From Bacillota bacterium (lineage in GTDB: Bacteria; Bacillota; Limnochordia; DTU087), in contig DUMM01000048.1 of the NCBI GenBank assembly GCA_012839845.1, positions 1 through 58,309 of the forward strand: a DNA stretch of 58,309 nt. Reading direction: 5' to 3'. This document shows, piece by piece, positions 48,194-56,670 of this stretch; position 1 is the first letter of the stretch, and each line of letters starts with the position of its first letter. The notes beneath the pieces are model-generated. The model saw only the letters and a program-made list of their open reading frames with translations. It was not told the origin of the DNA and did no database searches. The position numbers and the translations under genes were made by a program.

Positions 48194-49465
48194 ATGAACA
48201 TTGCGCAACTGGAAGAGAAAACAGCGGCGGAACTGCTGGAGATCGCAAGAGAGCTGGAAATTCCAGGTTGCTCTAGGCTTCGCAAGCGGGAACTCATCTT
48301 TGAGATTCTCAAGGCAGAATCCAATAAAGAAGGCCTGGAGTTCAAGGACGGGGTACTGGAGATCCTGCCCGATGGTTACGGTTTTCTGCGGGTACAGGGG
48401 TACACTCCCAGCAGCGAAGATGTCTATGTCTCGCCGTCCCAAATTCGCAGGTTTAACTTGCGCACCGGTGATTTAGTTCTGGGGCAAGTGAGGCCTCCTA
48501 AGGAAAACGAGCGGTATAATGCCCTTCTGAAAGTTGTAGCTGTCAACGGCCTCGATCCGGAAAAGGCCATCAATCGGCCCAACTTCGAGGATCTTACCCC
48601 GATTTATCCCTACGAACGCCTGCGGCTGGAAGTTTCCCAGGAAGATACCGCAACAAGGCTCATCGACGTTGTTGCGCCCTTGGGGAAAGGCCAACGGGGC
48701 TTGATTGTAGCTCCCCCCAAGGCTGGGAAGACTACAGTGCTGAAAAAAATAGCGAACAGTATAACTCACAATCATCCGGAAGTTGAACTGATGGTGCTCC
48801 TCATTGATGAGCGGCCGGAGGAAGTTACCGACATGGAGCGGTCTGTTGATGGCGAGGTGGTCAGTTCGACCTTCGATGAACCTCCGGAAAATCACGTCAG
48901 GGTAGCGGATATTGTATTGGAGAGGGCCCGGCGGTTAGTAGAGCACGGAAAAGATGTGGTCATTCTCTTGGACAGCATTACCCGCCTGGCCAGGGCTCAC
49001 AATTTGGTGGTACCCCCCAGCGGACGCACACTTTCCGGCGGCGTTGACCCCGCCGCTCTGCACCGGCCCAAGCGGTTCTTCGGCTCTGCCCGAAAACTGG
49101 AGGAAGGCGGCAGCCTCACCATTATAGCCACCTGTCTAATTGAAACTGGCTCCCGCATGGATGATGTGATTTATGAGGAGTTTAAGGGCACCGGCAACAT
49201 GGAGCTTCACCTGGATCGCCGTCTGGCAGAAAGGCGCATATTCCCCGCCATCGATATTTACCGTTCCGGCACCAGAAAGGAAGAACTGCTTTTGACAGAG
49301 GATGAGCTGGAGATGATGTGGCTCCTTCGCAAAGCTTTCAGCGCTCTTGGAACCGCAGAGACAACGGATATTCTCATCGATCGAATCATGCATACCAAGT
49401 CCAATGCAGAGCTGGTAGATCTGGTCATCCATTCTACCTTTGCGGAAAACGTGAGGTCATCATAG
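48194..49465 (+). CDS. rho: transcription termination factor Rho
   Basis: '[14 protein letters not shown]......[12 protein letters not shown]', '[14 protein letters not shown]', Walker A 'APPKAGKT', '[10 protein letters not shown]', 'SGGVD', '[15 protein letters not shown]'. Confidence 0.97.
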   Translation: MNIAQLEEKTAAELLEIARELEIPGCSRLRKRELIFEILKAESNKEGLEFKDGVLEILPDGYGFLRVQGYTPSSEDVYVSPSQIRRFNLRTGDLVLGQVRPPKENERYNALLKVVAVNGLDPEKAINRPNFEDLTPIYPYERLRLEVSQEDTATRLIDVVAPLGKGQRGLIVAPPKAGKTTVLKKIANSITHNHPEVELMVLLIDERPEEVTDMERSVDGEVVSSTFDEPPENHVRVADIVLERARRLVEHGKDVVILLDSITRLARAHNLVVPPSGRTLSGGVDPAALHRPKRFFGSARKLEEGGSLTIIATCLIETGSRMDDVIYEEFKGTGNMELHLDRRLAERRIFPAIDIYRSGTRKEELLLTEDELEMMWLLRKAFSALGTAETTDILIDRIMHTKSNAELVDLVIHSTFAENVRSS

Positions 49466-49609
49466 CCTTCCGGCCGCAAATCTATGCTGCATAGAGGCGG
49501 AAGGGCCGAACCGGCAGCAGCACCAGGAAGAGAAACTTGTTGAAGAATTTCTCAGCAAAAAAAGGATTTGGCCCGCAGAGAACGAAGTTAACGTAATGAT
49601 TCCATTGGA

Positions 49610-50746
49610 TTGGAGTGGGTTGCTTTGGGAGACAATCGCACCAGCCGTTGGCGTCCGGGATGGACCCTCTTGATACTTATGCTTTTTGTTGCTTTGACCG
49701 TATCTGATGAGACTTCCCGGTTGACCTCCGATCATCCGGTTCAGTTTACGTGGAATCAAAGTCTCTTGGCAGGAATTGATCAGGGCGGTCCCGATCCCGA
49801 AGATCTTCAATTTGCTTCTTTGCTGTCAGACGACATCCAAGGGCTCATGTCCTCGGCAGGTGCGGCCGGTGCTCCGTCTGTTTCTCTAGGTGAGATAGTG
49901 CCTTCTTTAGACGGGGAAACTACAGAGGAGGAATTGACGGAAGAAGCGGTGATGGTTGCTGCCGCGGCTGAGGCTGATGGTGAGGAGCAGCCGGCGGCTC
50001 AGTCCACCGAGCAGAAGAAACCTACGGTGTTGACCCACGTAGTAGCCCGGGGTCAAACCCTTTGGGATATCGCCAAACTGTATGGAATCAGTACTGATAC
50101 CATTGTGGCGGCCAACGGTATAAGCGATCCTCAACGCCTGCAGGTAGGGCAGAAGTTGACTGTCTTGACTGTTGACGGAGCGCTGCACACCGTAAAATCT
50201 GGCGAAAGCGTCTGGAGCATAGCAAGAGCCTACCAGGTAAAGACGCAAGATATCGTTGAGGCCAATGATCTGAAGGATCCCAGTGCATTGCGGGTAGGTC
50301 AGCAGCTGGTGATTCCTGGTGCACAAGCCGTGGCAGCCCAGCGGTACCAGCTGGTGGGAGCCAACGGCCAGCTTCGCCGAGCTTTCGACTGGCCGGCTCG
50401 GGCCAGAATATCATCTCGGTTTGGAGCTCGGTGGGGGAGCATGCATTATGGGTTGGATATTGCGGTTCCTGTAGGTACTCCTGTACGGGCTGCCGCTGAC
50501 GGACGGGTTACATGGAGCGGTCCCCGGGGTTCGTACGGGAACTTAGTGATAATTGATCACGGGCAGAAAGTAGAGACAAGGTATGCACATAATTCCCGGT
50601 TAGTAGTCAAGGCCGGCGACACTGTGAAGCGGGGACAGATCATTGCTTACAGCGGCAATACCGGCCGTTCAACCGGGCCCCACGTGCATTTTGAGATTCG
50701 CTACCGAGGGACACCGGTTGATCCCGAGAAATATCTCTTGCCGTAG
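49610..50746 (+). CDS. LysM-repeat / M23 family metallopeptidase
   Basis: N-terminal TM. Two LysM repeats ('HVVARGQTLWDIAKLYGISTDTIVAANGI' and 'HTVKSGESVWSIARAYQVKTQDIVEANDL'). M23 motifs 'HYGLDIA', 'GNLVIIDHG', 'TGRSTGPHVHFE'. Start (TTG 49610) is uncertain. Confidence 0.85.
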   Translation: MEWVALGDNRTSRWRPGWTLLILMLFVALTVSDETSRLTSDHPVQFTWNQSLLAGIDQGGPDPEDLQFASLLSDDIQGLMSSAGAAGAPSVSLGEIVPSLDGETTEEELTEEAVMVAAAAEADGEEQPAAQSTEQKKPTVLTHVVARGQTLWDIAKLYGISTDTIVAANGISDPQRLQVGQKLTVLTVDGALHTVKSGESVWSIARAYQVKTQDIVEANDLKDPSALRVGQQLVIPGAQAVAAQRYQLVGANGQLRRAFDWPARARISSRFGARWGSMHYGLDIAVPVGTPVRAAADGRVTWSGPRGSYGNLVIIDHGQKVETRYAHNSRLVVKAGDTVKRGQIIAYSGNTGRSTGPHVHFEIRYRGTPVDPEKYLLP

Positions 50747-50814
50747 TGCTGGCTGGGTCTAGGCGCTGGTTTCCAACGGGCGCAGCATAGGCAAAATGAA
50801 GCAGTGTGTGCGGC

Positions 50815-50844
50815 TTGCGCTCATCCCGAGACTCATGTTATAAT
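50815..50844 (+). promoter_or_regulatory. sigma-A promoter of rpmE
   Basis: TTGCGC (50815-50820), 18-nt spacer, extended -10 TGTTATAAT (TATAAT at 50839-50844). Confidence 0.6.
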
Positions 50845-50905
50845 CTTACGGTGTGTAAACTGCACATGTGATCCTAACTACCAACGGGGAAAGAGGTGAC
50901 AAGCC

Positions 50906-51115
50906 GTGAAGGCGAACATCCATCCACCGTACTACCGGACCACGGTTACCTGTGCTTGTGGTGCCAGCTTTGAGACTGGTTCCACCAGGGAAAACCTGAG
51001 AGTGGAAATTTGCTCTCAGTGCCATCCATTTTATACAGGACAGAGGCAGAAGATCGTTGATACCGGTGGACGGGTCGAACGGTTCCGTCAGAAGTATAAC
51101 CTGCCGGAGGAATAA
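50906..51115 (+). CDS. rpmE: 50S ribosomal protein L31 (Zn-binding type A)
   Basis: 'MKANIHP.Y....V.CACG..F.T.ST......[24 protein letters not shown]', with the CxC...CxxC pattern retained. GTG start after AAAGAGGTGA. Confidence 0.95.
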   Translation: MKANIHPPYYRTTVTCACGASFETGSTRENLRVEICSQCHPFYTGQRQKIVDTGGRVERFRQKYNLPEE

Positions 51116-51151
51116 GCCGGCGGTAATTTGGATAATTGAGATATTGGGGAT

Positions 51152-51180
51152 AAAGCAGGGCATTGTCCTGCTTTTCTGTT
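51152..51180 (+). terminator. intrinsic terminator after rpmE
   Basis: Stem AAAGCAGG(G) / (T)CCTGCTTT with a 5-nt loop, followed by TCTGTTTG. It lies inside the over-extended track ORF for dusB, which supports the later dusB start. Confidence 0.7.
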
Positions 51181-51195
51181 TGTAGGAGACGTGGG

Positions 51196-52176
51196 GTGAG
51201 GCTGTTGCTGCGGATCGGCGGTGTGGTTGTAGAAAACCCGGTGGCATTGGCCCCCATGGCCGGTGTGACCGACTCCATCTTCCGCAGGATTTGCAAGGCG
51301 ATGGGCGCTGGTTTAGTTGTCACTGAGATGGTGAGCAGCAAGGGACTGCTTCACAATAACCATAGGAGCGCCGAACTGCTGGCGTTTACAGATCAAGAGC
51401 GCCCCATTGCTATCCAGATATTTGGCTCTGACCCGGAGATCATGGGCAAGGCTGCCAAGCAGATATCGGCGCTGGAGCCGGATATTGTCGACATCAACAT
51501 GGGCTGTCCGACACCGAAGATCGTGAAAAACGGAGATGGAGCCGCTCTGATGCGGGATCCTGATTTGGCCGCCCGAGTGGTAGAAAGCGTCGCTGCCAAT
51601 GTCTCCTGCCCAGTGACAGTTAAACTGCGCCGCGGATGGGATGCGGCATCGCCGCCAGCCGCGAAGATAGCCCCGCTGCTGGAGAAAGCCGGTGCCCAGG
51701 GGTTTACCGTCCATGGACGCTATCGGGAGCAGTTTTACCGCGGCAAAGCTGACTGGGAATGCATTGCAGAGGTGAAGGCCGCAGTTAATGTACCGGTGTG
51801 GGGAAATGGAGACGTGGATTCTCCCGACGCTGCCCTGAAAATGATGGAGCAGACCGGCTGTGACGGCGTGATGATTGGGCGGGCGGCTCTAGGCAACCCA
51901 TGGATCTTTCGAGAGGTTACCTATTATCTTCGATATGGCGACTACTTACCTAAGCCAAGTCTTCGGGAAAGGATGGACTTAGCTTTAGCCCACCTGCAAG
52001 AAGAAGCCTCAGTTGTGGGTGAAGTGGATGGGGTAAAGAGGATGCGGTCACAGCTTGCCTGGTACACGAAGGGATTTCCTGGGGCGGCGGCTGTTCGTCA
52101 GCGGCTCAATCAAGCAGTGACCGTTGCGGAAGTCCGGGAGATCTTGGCAAGCTGCCTGAAGTTGGAAGAGATCTAG
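51196..52176 (+). CDS. dusB: tRNA-dihydrouridine synthase B
   Basis: 'LAPMAGVTDS.FR.I', 'IQIFGSDP', 'DINMGCP..KIVKNG.GAALM', 'VTVK.R.GWD', 'HGR...Q.Y.G.ADW', 'GNGD', 'DGVMIGRAALGNPWIF'. GTG at 51196 lies 7 nt after AGGAG. Confidence 0.92.
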   Translation: MRLLLRIGGVVVENPVALAPMAGVTDSIFRRICKAMGAGLVVTEMVSSKGLLHNNHRSAELLAFTDQERPIAIQIFGSDPEIMGKAAKQISALEPDIVDINMGCPTPKIVKNGDGAALMRDPDLAARVVESVAANVSCPVTVKLRRGWDAASPPAAKIAPLLEKAGAQGFTVHGRYREQFYRGKADWECIAEVKAAVNVPVWGNGDVDSPDAALKMMEQTGCDGVMIGRAALGNPWIFREVTYYLRYGDYLPKPSLRERMDLALAHLQEEASVVGEVDGVKRMRSQLAWYTKGFPGAAAVRQRLNQAVTVAEVREILASCLKLEEI

Positions 52177-52305
52177 TGGTTTAGGTCTGGGGAAACCTCG
52201 GATATATATGAAGAAGCCGATGGGACTGCAACTTGCAACCTAGACGGCACAAATATGAGAATCACAGACTGAGAAACTACTCTGGCAGAAGAGCGGGGGG
52301 ATCCT

Positions 52306-52866
52306 ATGGGCATGGTAGCGAACGGTGCCGGCCGGGGGTGGATGACAAGGTCACTGTATCTAGCAGTGCTCATTTCAGCGGCTGTAGTCCTGACTGGCAT
52401 GGGGAGCGCGGTGGAGGCCAATGTGCCGAGCGCACCGAGGATTGGTTACAGGGCACCTGATTTCACTGTCAAAACACTGGAAGGGACCGAGGTTACCTTA
52501 GGGGAGCAGGTGGGTACTCCGGTGTTTATCAACTTCTTTGCCACCTGGTGCCAGTTTTGCAGGATAGAGATGCCGCATATTCAGGCGTTATACGAAGAAG
52601 TCGGTGACCAGGTCAGCTTCATGATCTTGGACGTTAGGGAAAGCTTAGAGACGGTCAAGTCCTACTTCGATGCAGCAGGCTGGACTGTGCCGGTATACTT
52701 GGATTCCCTGGGAATCGCCGGAGCAAAGTATTCTGTTCGGGGATTGCCGACCTCATTTTTCATTGACAGTGAAGGGATAATCCGCGATATGGTCATCGGG
52801 GCTATGACTGAAGCCCGGCTGCGGCAGGGTATTCAAGCTATCTTGCCGGCCGGTTCCGAGGAGTGA
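52306..52866 (+). CDS. TlpA/ResA-like membrane-anchored thiol-disulfide oxidoreductase
   Basis: N-terminal TM, then a thioredoxin fold with the active site 'FFATWCQFCRIEMP' (WCxxC) and 'GLPTSFFID'. Confidence 0.85.
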   Translation: MGMVANGAGRGWMTRSLYLAVLISAAVVLTGMGSAVEANVPSAPRIGYRAPDFTVKTLEGTEVTLGEQVGTPVFINFFATWCQFCRIEMPHIQALYEEVGDQVSFMILDVRESLETVKSYFDAAGWTVPVYLDSLGIAGAKYSVRGLPTSFFIDSEGIIRDMVIGAMTEARLRQGIQAILPAGSEE

Positions 52867-52917
52867 GGCCTTTCTAGCAGCTGTTTTCCGTCCATACTGA
52901 GGATTGAGCAGCAAAAA

Positions 52918-52951
52918 ATAGGCGTTCGCCGTTACGGGCGAGCGCCTATTT
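52918..52951 (+). terminator. intrinsic terminator after tlpA-like gene
   Basis: 13-bp stem ATAGGCGTTCGCC / GGCGAGCGCCTAT (one G-U pair) with a 6-nt loop, flanked by AAAAAA upstream and TATTT downstream. Confidence 0.65.
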
Positions 52952-53013
52952 GATCACGGGTCTCTTGGCGAGCCTTAAGCTGCGTTCTGTTGAGCATTTT
53001 AGCTTTCACTTAC

Positions 53014-53055
53014 CCACGGCGCTGTTCCCTAATGAGGGAGACGCCGCGGTTTTTT
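53014..53055 (+). terminator. second, orphan intrinsic terminator
   Basis: Long imperfect hairpin CCACGGCGCTGTTCCCT-AATG-AGGGAGACGCCGCGG followed by TTTTTT. No ORF lies between it and the previous terminator. Confidence 0.6.
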
Positions 53056-53080
53056 CGTGAAATTCCAGCTATCTTACTCC

Positions 53081-53109
53081 TTGCGCTGCGGGCCATCCTC
53101 TGTTAAGAT
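53081..53109 (+). promoter_or_regulatory. candidate sigma-A promoter of the HTH/unknown/AAR-like module
   Basis: TTGCGC (53081-53086), 17-nt spacer, TAAGAT (53104-53109). Confidence 0.45.
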
Positions 53110-53117
53110 GGGGTTGA

Positions 53118-53131
53118 GCACAAAATTGTGC
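53118..53131. promoter_or_regulatory. palindromic candidate operator
   Basis: GCACAA-AA-TTGTGC: 6-bp perfect inverted arms, 9 nt downstream of the candidate -10 and 33 nt upstream of the HTH gene. Confidence 0.4.
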
Positions 53132-53163
53132 ACAATGCGGCAGCCGGTTAACTGGAAGCTGGG

Positions 53164-53706
53164 GTGGTAAACAGCGTGGACTTGCTGAGGATCGGGGGAA
53201 AGCTGATCAGCACCAGCCGAATACATAGGGTAGTGGACCGGATCCTGGAGCTGCGCTCTCAAGGGCAGTCTCAACAAGAAGTAGCAGAGCAGATCGGGGT
53301 TGACCGCACCTTTATTTCCCGCTTGGAGGGACTGGGGGAGGTTCGCAAAGGCGGTCGTGTGGCAGTTATCGGCTTTCCCGTTGCCAATAAGGAGCAAATC
53401 GAAGCCATTGCCCGGGAAGAGGGAGTAGATTTTGCCTGGGTAATGACCAACGAGGAACGCTGGCAATTTGCAGAGGAGCGGAGCGGTGCCAAGTTGGCCA
53501 ATGAACTGATGATGCTCTTCTCTCAGCTCCGGGACTTTGATAAAGTCGTCTTCCTCGGTTCAGATATGCGGATAAAGCTGGTTGAAGCAATGCTGGCTCC
53601 GGAAACAGTCCTGGGTGTTGAACTGGGTAAGTCGCCGATGCATCAGGACAAGTATGTCGATCCGGAAGAGTTTCGAGCCTTGCTCCGCTCCCTCATGGGA
53701 AGTTAA
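53164..53706 (+). CDS. helix-turn-helix protein with an uncharacterised C-terminal domain
   Basis: 'ILELRSQGQSQQEVAEQIGVDRTFISRLE' is a clear HTH (sigma-70 region 4 / XRE-like). The remaining ~110 aa have no motif I recognise. Start uncertain (GTG 53164, GTG 53176, TTG 53182). Confidence 0.7.
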   Translation: MVNSVDLLRIGGKLISTSRIHRVVDRILELRSQGQSQQEVAEQIGVDRTFISRLEGLGEVRKGGRVAVIGFPVANKEQIEAIAREEGVDFAWVMTNEERWQFAEERSGAKLANELMMLFSQLRDFDKVVFLGSDMRIKLVEAMLAPETVLGVELGKSPMHQDKYVDPEEFRALLRSLMGS

Positions 53707-53757
53707 ACCGACAGCATTGGTTTTGGATCAATTCTTTCTGTCAATGGAGGCGTGACT

Positions 53758-54663
53758 GTGAAGCACGTAGTGAGCATCAGCATTGGTTCTTCGAAACGAA
53801 ACCACAGAGCCGAACTGGAGATCATGGGTGAGAAATTTATCATCGAACGGATCGGTACCGATGGCGATATGGATAGAGCGGTGGAACTAGTTCGCCAGCT
53901 TGACGGTAAGGTGGATGCCTTTGGCCTCGGCGGCATGGATATGTATATTTACGCGGGAAACCGTCGGTATACGATCCGGGATTCTAAGCGCTTCGCCTCC
54001 GCAGCCAAGAAGACGCCTTTGGTGGACGGATCGGGACTTAAGAACACCCTGGAAAGAAGGGTTGTCACTTTCCTGCAGGAGAAAACGCATTTGGACCTTA
54101 AGGGCCGGCGCCTCTTGATGGTGGCAGCGGTAGATCGGTTTGGTATGGCGGAGGCCTTTGCTCTAGCCGGATGTGACATGGTAATTGGAGACTTGATGTT
54201 CGGCTTAGGGATTCCCATCCCCATGCACAGTCTTCGCACCCTGGATATCGTGGCTCGAATTGCTGCTCCCATCGTGGTGCAGCTGCCTTTCAGGGTACTG
54301 TATCCCACCGGCAGCAAGCAGGAACAGTCGAAAACGAAGTATTCCAAGTACTATCATTGGGCGGAGATCATTGCGGGAGATTATCTGTTTATCAGCAGGC
54401 ATATGCCGGATGACCTAAGCGGCAAGATAATTGTGACCAATACTGTCACAAAAGATGATGTAGAAATACTGCGGCGCAAAGGTGTGGCCATGCTGGTTAC
54501 GTCGACGCCAAATCTGTGCGGGCGTTCATTTGGTACCAATGTCATGGAAGCGGTGCTGGTGACGCTGATCGGCAAACCGCTGGAGGAGATAAGGCCCCAA
54601 GATTATCTCGAAATGCTGGACGCTATCAACTTCACTCCCAGAGTGGAGTATCTCCAGGCGTAA
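53758..54663 (+). CDS. uncharacterised conserved protein (I recall this family being annotated 'quinate 5-dehydrogenase' in Clostridia, without a dinucleotide-binding motif)
   Basis: About 300 aa: 'HVVSISIGSSKRNH...IIERIGTDGD...GLGGMD'. I could find no GxGxxG. GTG at 53758 lies 7 nt after GGAGG. The family assignment is from memory only. Confidence 0.6.
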   Translation: MKHVVSISIGSSKRNHRAELEIMGEKFIIERIGTDGDMDRAVELVRQLDGKVDAFGLGGMDMYIYAGNRRYTIRDSKRFASAAKKTPLVDGSGLKNTLERRVVTFLQEKTHLDLKGRRLLMVAAVDRFGMAEAFALAGCDMVIGDLMFGLGIPIPMHSLRTLDIVARIAAPIVVQLPFRVLYPTGSKQEQSKTKYSKYYHWAEIIAGDYLFISRHMPDDLSGKIIVTNTVTKDDVEILRRKGVAMLVTSTPNLCGRSFGTNVMEAVLVTLIGKPLEEIRPQDYLEMLDAINFTPRVEYLQA

Positions 54664-54699
54664 TCCTGCTCACTAGACGCAACCGATGAGGTGATGTTT

Positions 54700-55797
54700 T
54701 TGGAACGATTCGCTTTCATAATCCACCCCCTTGAAATTGAAGATGTCGCCCGCAAGTTTCCCTCAGCGAGACGAATGCCGGCCTCTTGGCTCGAGACTGT
54801 GATCAGGCGGTGTCCGCCTATCAAAGCCTCCCACATTACAGGCGTCCGCTCCCTTCAGGGCACAGAGGCCGAGGGGTGGTTCATAGGCTGTTTGCTGACC
54901 GCCAAGCAGATGATGGAACTGCCGGAGGAAGAGGTACTGGATAAAATCATCAAGGCGGCAAGAAAGGCCGAGCAGCTTGGGGCAGGGATCGTGGGTCTGG
55001 GAGCGTTTACCGCGGTAGTAGGAGATGCAGGGGTGACGGTGGCCGACAACGTCGGCATCGCAGTGACCACCGGCAACAGCTATACTGTAGCCACGGCCCT
55101 AGAAGGCATACATTATGCTGCAGGTCTGATGGAAGTATCCGTTGAAAACGCATCGGTAACAGTTCTGGGCGCGACCGGTTCAATCGGCTCAGCCTGTGCC
55201 CGGATACTGGCCCGGGATGTGGGTAGTATGACATTAGCTGCCCGTTCGGTGGATAGATTGGAGGCATTAGCCGATAGGATCAAAACGGAAACCGGTCTAG
55301 GCCCTCAGGTGACAACGGATTTGGCGGCTGCCTGTCGGGAAGCTGACATTGTTGTGGCAGTTACCAGCGCGACGGGAGCCATAGTGGAGCCGGAATGGCT
55401 GAAGCCCGGAGCGATTGTATGTGACGTTGCCAGGCCTCGCAATGTCTCCCGAAGGGTAGCTGAGGCTCGTAGGGATGTCTTGGTTTTCGAAGGCGGGGTA
55501 GTTGAGGTTCCCGGAGATGTCGATTTTGGATTGGATTTCGGCTTTCCCGCCAAGACTGCCTATGCCTGTATGGCCGAAACGATGATTTTGGCCCTTGAAG
55601 GCCGGTATGAGAATTTCACTCTTGGGCGGGATCTTTCAGTGGAACAGGTAGATGAGATCAGCCGCTTGGCCACCCGGCACGGATTTCGGCTGGCGGGACT
55701 CCGCAGTTTCGAGCGAGCTGTCAGCCCCGAGTGGATCCAGCAGGTCAAAGAAAATGCTTCTAAAGCACGCCGGGAAACCATTGCAGGAGGTATCTAG
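54700..55797 (+). CDS. COG5322-type NAD(P)-dependent oxidoreductase, homologous to cyanobacterial acyl-ACP reductase (AAR)
   Basis: Collinear with my recollection of Synechococcus AAR: 'FAFIIHP' vs 'FGLIGHL', 'VTTGNSYT' vs 'FTTGNTHT', 'VLGATGSIGSACAR' vs 'VVGATGDIGSAVCR', 'YACMAETMILALEGRYENFTLGRDLSVEQVDEISRLATRHGF' vs '[43 protein letters not shown]'. TTG at 54700 has the best Shine-Dalgarno spacing; GTG 54691 and ATG 54694 are alternatives. Confidence 0.8.
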   Translation: MERFAFIIHPLEIEDVARKFPSARRMPASWLETVIRRCPPIKASHITGVRSLQGTEAEGWFIGCLLTAKQMMELPEEEVLDKIIKAARKAEQLGAGIVGLGAFTAVVGDAGVTVADNVGIAVTTGNSYTVATALEGIHYAAGLMEVSVENASVTVLGATGSIGSACARILARDVGSMTLAARSVDRLEALADRIKTETGLGPQVTTDLAAACREADIVVAVTSATGAIVEPEWLKPGAIVCDVARPRNVSRRVAEARRDVLVFEGGVVEVPGDVDFGLDFGFPAKTAYACMAETMILALEGRYENFTLGRDLSVEQVDEISRLATRHGFRLAGLRSFERAVSPEWIQQVKENASKARRETIAGGI

Positions 55798-55834
55798 GTT
55801 TCTCTCCTGACAAGTGTTCCAGTTCTGTCACGGG

Positions 55835-55863
55835 TTGACATCCCATAGATGACTGGCTATAAT
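55835..55863 (+). promoter_or_regulatory. consensus sigma-A promoter upstream of greA
   Basis: TTGACA (55835-55840), 17-nt spacer, TATAAT (55858-55863). Both hexamers are perfect. Confidence 0.75.
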
Positions 55864-56093
55864 AAAAGCCGCAATATGGGGGGCTGTATATCTATTTCCC
55901 GATAGGACCGAAATGAGTGTATGTACCCGGCACAGTGGGGCCGGGTACTATAGTGCAGTTAGCTTAGAACAAGGGGCTATCCCTGGGTGGGAGCCAGGTG
56001 ATCAGTCGGTATAAAAGTATTGGGCAGCACAAATATTAGGTTTGATTTGGCTGCCCGATGTTCTAAGTTAACACAGACGAGGGAGAGAGCTGT

Positions 56094-56576
56094 ATGGCAG
56101 AGAAGGAAGTTCTCCTGACCAAGGAAGGCTTGAGCAGGTTGGAAAGTGAACTGGAACACTTGAAGACCGTCAAGCGGAGGGAAGTTGCAGATAGAATCAA
56201 GCAAGCTTTGGCCTTCGGGGATATTTCAGAGAATTCCGAGTACGATGATGCCAAGAATGAACAGGCGTTCATCGAAAGCCGGATTGCAAAGCTGGAAAAG
56301 ATGCTGAGAAATGCCCGGTTGATCAGCGAAGAAGATATCCAGTCTGGGGTAGTTGGGCTGGGTTCGAGAGTGAAGCTTAGAGATCTGGAATATAACGACG
56401 AATTTGAGTACATGATAGTCAGCTCCGCGGAGGCTGATCCTGGAGAGGCTAAGATTTCTGACGAGTCTCCAGTAGGGAAGGCGTTAATGGGCAAAAAGCC
56501 AGGAGACATAATAGAAGTGGAAGTGCCTGCCGGTGTTGTTCGGTACCAGATTATCGCTGTTAACGGCAGGCAATAA
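56094..56576 (+). CDS. greA: transcription elongation factor GreA
   Basis: 'LT.EG...LE.ELE.LK...R.EVA.RIK.A...GD.SENSEYD.AK.EQAF.E.RI..LE..L..A' coiled-coil, plus C-terminal 'SPVG.AL.GKK.GD...V..P.G'. Confidence 0.95.
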   Translation: MAEKEVLLTKEGLSRLESELEHLKTVKRREVADRIKQALAFGDISENSEYDDAKNEQAFIESRIAKLEKMLRNARLISEEDIQSGVVGLGSRVKLRDLEYNDEFEYMIVSSAEADPGEAKISDESPVGKALMGKKPGDIIEVEVPAGVVRYQIIAVNGRQ

Positions 56577-56670
56577 AAATCTGTTGGCGAAGAAGCTTGG
56601 GTAGATCTTTACCTTAGACGGCCCTTCGGGAACGGCGAGTGCTGCGCAGGGAGGGGGAAGGCTGTTGACC

